A DNA stretch of 64,000 nt from an uncultured cyanobacterium (GTDB lineage Bacteria > Cyanobacteriota > Cyanobacteriia > PCC-6307 > Cyanobiaceae), in NCBI GenBank assembly GCA_963697335.1, contig CAVONQ010000002.1, positions 1 to 64,000 of the forward strand, in the 5' to 3' direction. This document shows, one piece after another, positions 61,401 to 64,000 of the stretch. A program made the translations under genes and the position numbers. Positions within the stretch are counted from its first letter, which is position 1. Each line of letters opens with the position of its first letter. The notes under the pieces were generated by a model, which was not told the origin of the DNA, did no database searches, and saw only the letters and a program-made list of their open reading frames with translations.

Positions 61401-62918
61401 TTACCTGGCGTCGGAGTTCGTTACGCCCCGCAACCTGGAGGCGGGTCGGGCTCGTCCCGTGCTGGCCCACTGCTCCAGGGCCTCCAGCTGCTCGCGGGCC
61501 GTGCGGCTGAGGGGAACCACCTGGCTGGCGGCGGCGATCAGGTCGGCCTCGCCGAACTCGCGCTGCTCGGCAAACGCCAGGTGCATGGCCTCGATCACGG
61601 TCTGCTCCAGTTCAGCCCCAGAGAAGCCCGCCGTGCGATCCACCAGCACCTCCAGCGGCAGGCTGTGGTCCGGCCGGCGCTGGCGCAACTGCAGATCGAG
61701 GATGGCCCGCCGTTCCTCCGGCCCCGGCAGTGCCAGCAGAAAAATCTCATCGAAGCGGCCCTTGCGCAGCAGTTCGGGGGGCAATCGCTCGGCGGCATTG
61801 GCCGTGGCCACCACGAACACCGGGCTGGTCTTTTCTGCCATCCAGGTGAGCACCGTGCCCAGCACCCGCTGGCTGGTGCCGCCATCACTGCGGCCGTCGC
61901 TGCTGGCCCCGAGGCCGAAGCCCTTGTCCACCTCATCGATCCAGAGCACGCAGGGGGCCATGGCCTCCACCCTCTGGATCATGTCGCGAGTGCGGGCCTC
62001 CGAGGCCCCAACCAGGCCCGCGAACAGGCGCCCCACATCCAGCCGCAGCAGGGGCATGGACCAGCTGTGGGCAATGGCCTTGGCCGTGAGCGACTTGCCC
62101 GTTCCCTGGGGCCCCACCAGCAGCACCCCCCTGGGCAGGGGCAACCCATAGGCCCGGGCCTCCTCGCTGAAGGCCCGGCGCCGTTGCTCCAGCCAGTGCT
62201 TGAGCGATTCGAGCCCGCCGATGTCGGCGGGGCTTGAGCTGCTGGGGCAATATTCCAGCAGGTCGCTCTTGGCAATCGCCTGGCGCTTTTCCTCCAGCAC
62301 CTCGGCCAGGTCGTCGGCGCCCAGCTGGCCGCGGCGGGCCAGGGCCCGGGCCGCCAGCTGGCGCACCCGCTGTTCACTGAGGCCGTGGCAGGCCGCCGTG
62401 AGCTGGCGCAGCACCGGCGGATCGAGCTGATGACCGCTGGCGGCGGCGATCGAGCTCAGCAGCTGGCCGATCTCGTCAGCATCCGGCAGGGGCAGATCCA
62501 GCAGGGTGATGCAGTCATCGAGGTCCAGCGGCACCTTCCACTCCGGCGCCGTGATGATCAGGGTGCGGGGGCTCTGGCGCAGGCTGCCGGCCAGGTTGCG
62601 CAGGCGGCGGCAGATGCCGGCATCCTCGCCGTAGCGGTGGAAGTCGCGCAGCAGCAGGATCGCCCCCTGCTCATCGGGCAGGGAATCGAGGCAGCTCAGA
62701 GCCCCCATCGGATTGCGGCTGGCCTCGCCCTCGCGGTTCGGGGCGCCGCGCAGGCCGTCCACGAAGTCCCAGCGCAGCAGGGTGCGGTTGCCCAGCCGCC
62801 GCGCCGCCTGCTCCAGCAGGGCCTCCACCCGCTGCTCCTCGAGGCTGCGGATCCAGAGGATCGGCGTGCGGGCCCGGATCATCAGGTCGAGGTGGTCAGC
62901 CCAGCTGGTTTCGCTCAT
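61401..62918 (-). CDS. ycf46: Ycf46-like AAA ATPase
   Basis: GPQGTGKS, LWIDEVDK, ATAN, RKGRFDEIF, FSGAELEQ. Confidence 0.88.
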   Translation of the reverse strand: MSETSWADHLDLMIRARTPILWIRSLEEQRVEALLEQAARRLGNRTLLRWDFVDGLRGAPNREGEASRNPMGALSCLDSLPDEQGAILLLRDFHRYGEDAGICRRLRNLAGSLRQSPRTLIITAPEWKVPLDLDDCITLLDLPLPDADEIGQLLSSIAAASGHQLDPPVLRQLTAACHGLSEQRVRQLAARALARRGQLGADDLAEVLEEKRQAIAKSDLLEYCPSSSSPADIGGLESLKHWLEQRRRAFSEEARAYGLPLPRGVLLVGPQGTGKSLTAKAIAHSWSMPLLRLDVGRLFAGLVGASEARTRDMIQRVEAMAPCVLWIDEVDKGFGLGASSDGRSDGGTSQRVLGTVLTWMAEKTSPVFVVATANAAERLPPELLRKGRFDEIFLLALPGPEERRAILDLQLRQRRPDHSLPLEVLVDRTAGFSGAELEQTVIEAMHLAFAEQREFGEADLIAAASQVVPLSRTAREQLEALEQWASTGRARPASRLRGVTNSDAR

Positions 62919-63535
62919 GGTTGGGAGACGGGATCGCTTGCTCCCTGGGTGGGGTTCTGACGCAGAGCGGCCAGGGCCGCCCAGCGGGGGTCAACGCCAG
63001 CTGCCTCGCCTGCTCCCTCGCCACCGTGCCCCCCCTCGGCTGGGCCGCTGCCCCAGTGGGCCGGACCCGGGCAGTCGGCACCGCAGCGGTTCACCAGGGG
63101 CAGCTGCAGGCTCAGCTGCTCGAAGATCCAGTGGGCCGGGTCGAAGTCGCCGCGGGGATCGAGCGATTCGCTGAGGCTGTCGGTGTCAAGATCGAGGGGT
63201 GGATCCAGCGCCCTGGCCAGGGCCACTTCCAGGCTCTGGGGGTCTGCGGAGCCCAGCCAGATCAGCTCCTGGGCCTTCGCTTCCAGGCAGTGGTTGTAGT
63301 GGCGCAGGCAGCGGTCGCAGCAGAGGGTCACGATCGTGGCGGCCTCCCCCTCCACCTCGAGGGCGTCGCCGCGGTGCACCGCCTGCACCAGGCCCCGCAC
63401 CGGCGTGAGGCTGTCCAGGCCGTTCAGGTGGTGCTCCAGCCTCCATTCCAGCCCGCCCTTGAGGGCCTGGAGCTCACGGATCGGAACGGGCCGCAGCCGT
63501 GCCGGCGCAGGGGGGGTGGCGTGGGGAGAATCCAT
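62915..63535 (-). CDS. YceD/DUF177 family protein
   Basis: CDRCL and EQLSLQLP..CGADCPG motifs. Confidence 0.85.
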   Translation of the reverse strand: MDSPHATPPAPARLRPVPIRELQALKGGLEWRLEHHLNGLDSLTPVRGLVQAVHRGDALEVEGEAATIVTLCCDRCLRHYNHCLEAKAQELIWLGSADPQSLEVALARALDPPLDLDTDSLSESLDPRGDFDPAHWIFEQLSLQLPLVNRCGADCPGPAHWGSGPAEGGHGGEGAGEAAGVDPRWAALAALRQNPTQGASDPVSQP

Positions 63536-63618
63536 CGGGGGGTTCTGGGGCGGGAAGCACCGGCGGCCGCAGCGATCCATGCCGCTGGGGTGGACCCGCC
63601 GGCATCACCGGCGCGGGA

Positions 63619-64000
63619 TCATTTCTTGCCCTTGGGCTCGAAGGGAAGTCGGCCGCCCCGCTCGCCGATGCCGACGCCGCCCGCCGCCACGGTGATGGCC
63701 TGCTGGGACTTCTGCTGATCCAGGATGGCCTGCAGGTTGTCGGGCAGGGCCTCGCGGCTGAGCAGAAAGGTCTGCAGCGCCTGGAAGATGTTGGCCACCA
63801 CCATGTAGAGCAGCACCCCGGCCGGCAGCGGGAAGAACAGGAACATGGCCGTGATCATCACGGGCGTGATCTTGTTGGCCGTGGACTGCTGCGGATTGGC
63901 CGGCATGCCCATTCCCGAGAGGATCTGGGAGATGAACAGGGTGGCGCCGAATCCGGCCACCAGGCCGGCGATGTCCCAGTTCACCTGGCCGTCGCTCATG
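63619..64000 (-). CDS. yidC: Membrane protein insertase YidC, C-terminal part (runs off the window)
   Basis: [22 protein letters not shown], ends LPFEPKGKK; upstream of yceD. Confidence 0.92.
   Translation of the reverse strand, partial: MSDGQVNWDIAGLVAGFGATLFISQILSGMGMPANPQQSTANKITPVMITAMFLFFPLPAGVLLYMVVANIFQALQTFLLSREALPDNLQAILDQQKSQQAITVAAGGVGIGERGGRLPFEPKGKK

Overview
GC-rich chromosomal segment of a picocyanobacterium (Cyanobium/Synechococcus-like, inferred from chlG, petP, ycf46, the clpR-clpP pair and gene order). Most of it is core genome: hisF, menG, glyQ, comEC, cobD, ilvC, clpP/clpR, hemW, panB, SRP RNA, ftsZ/ftsQ/ddl/miaB, folC, argD, murA, lpdA, trpC, rpsD, murE, aqpZ, partial yidC and four tRNAs. 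The main accessory or unusual parts are: (1) a ~2.43 kb two-gene mobile element (tyrosine recombinase plus IS91-type HUH/Y2 transposase) bounded by inverted ends that finish in GTTCAAC, inserted in a gene just upstream of a type IV pilin cluster; (2) a glutaminase-STAS-cNMP gene divergent from an in-frame fusion of a dipeptide-epimerase/DgcA-like enzyme with a DUF1611/DgcN-like protein, a candidate D-Glu/D-Gln salvage module; (3) an orphan promoter-terminator unit that looks like a ~45-50 nt sRNA; (4) a degenerate PfkB pseudo-kinase, two solitary sulfotransferase-like genes and a YbaY-NlpE-META multidomain protein. Three apparent single-base frameshifts fall in short G/C runs and are more likely consensus errors than biology. 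All family calls come from motif recognition by eye; no database searches were run.
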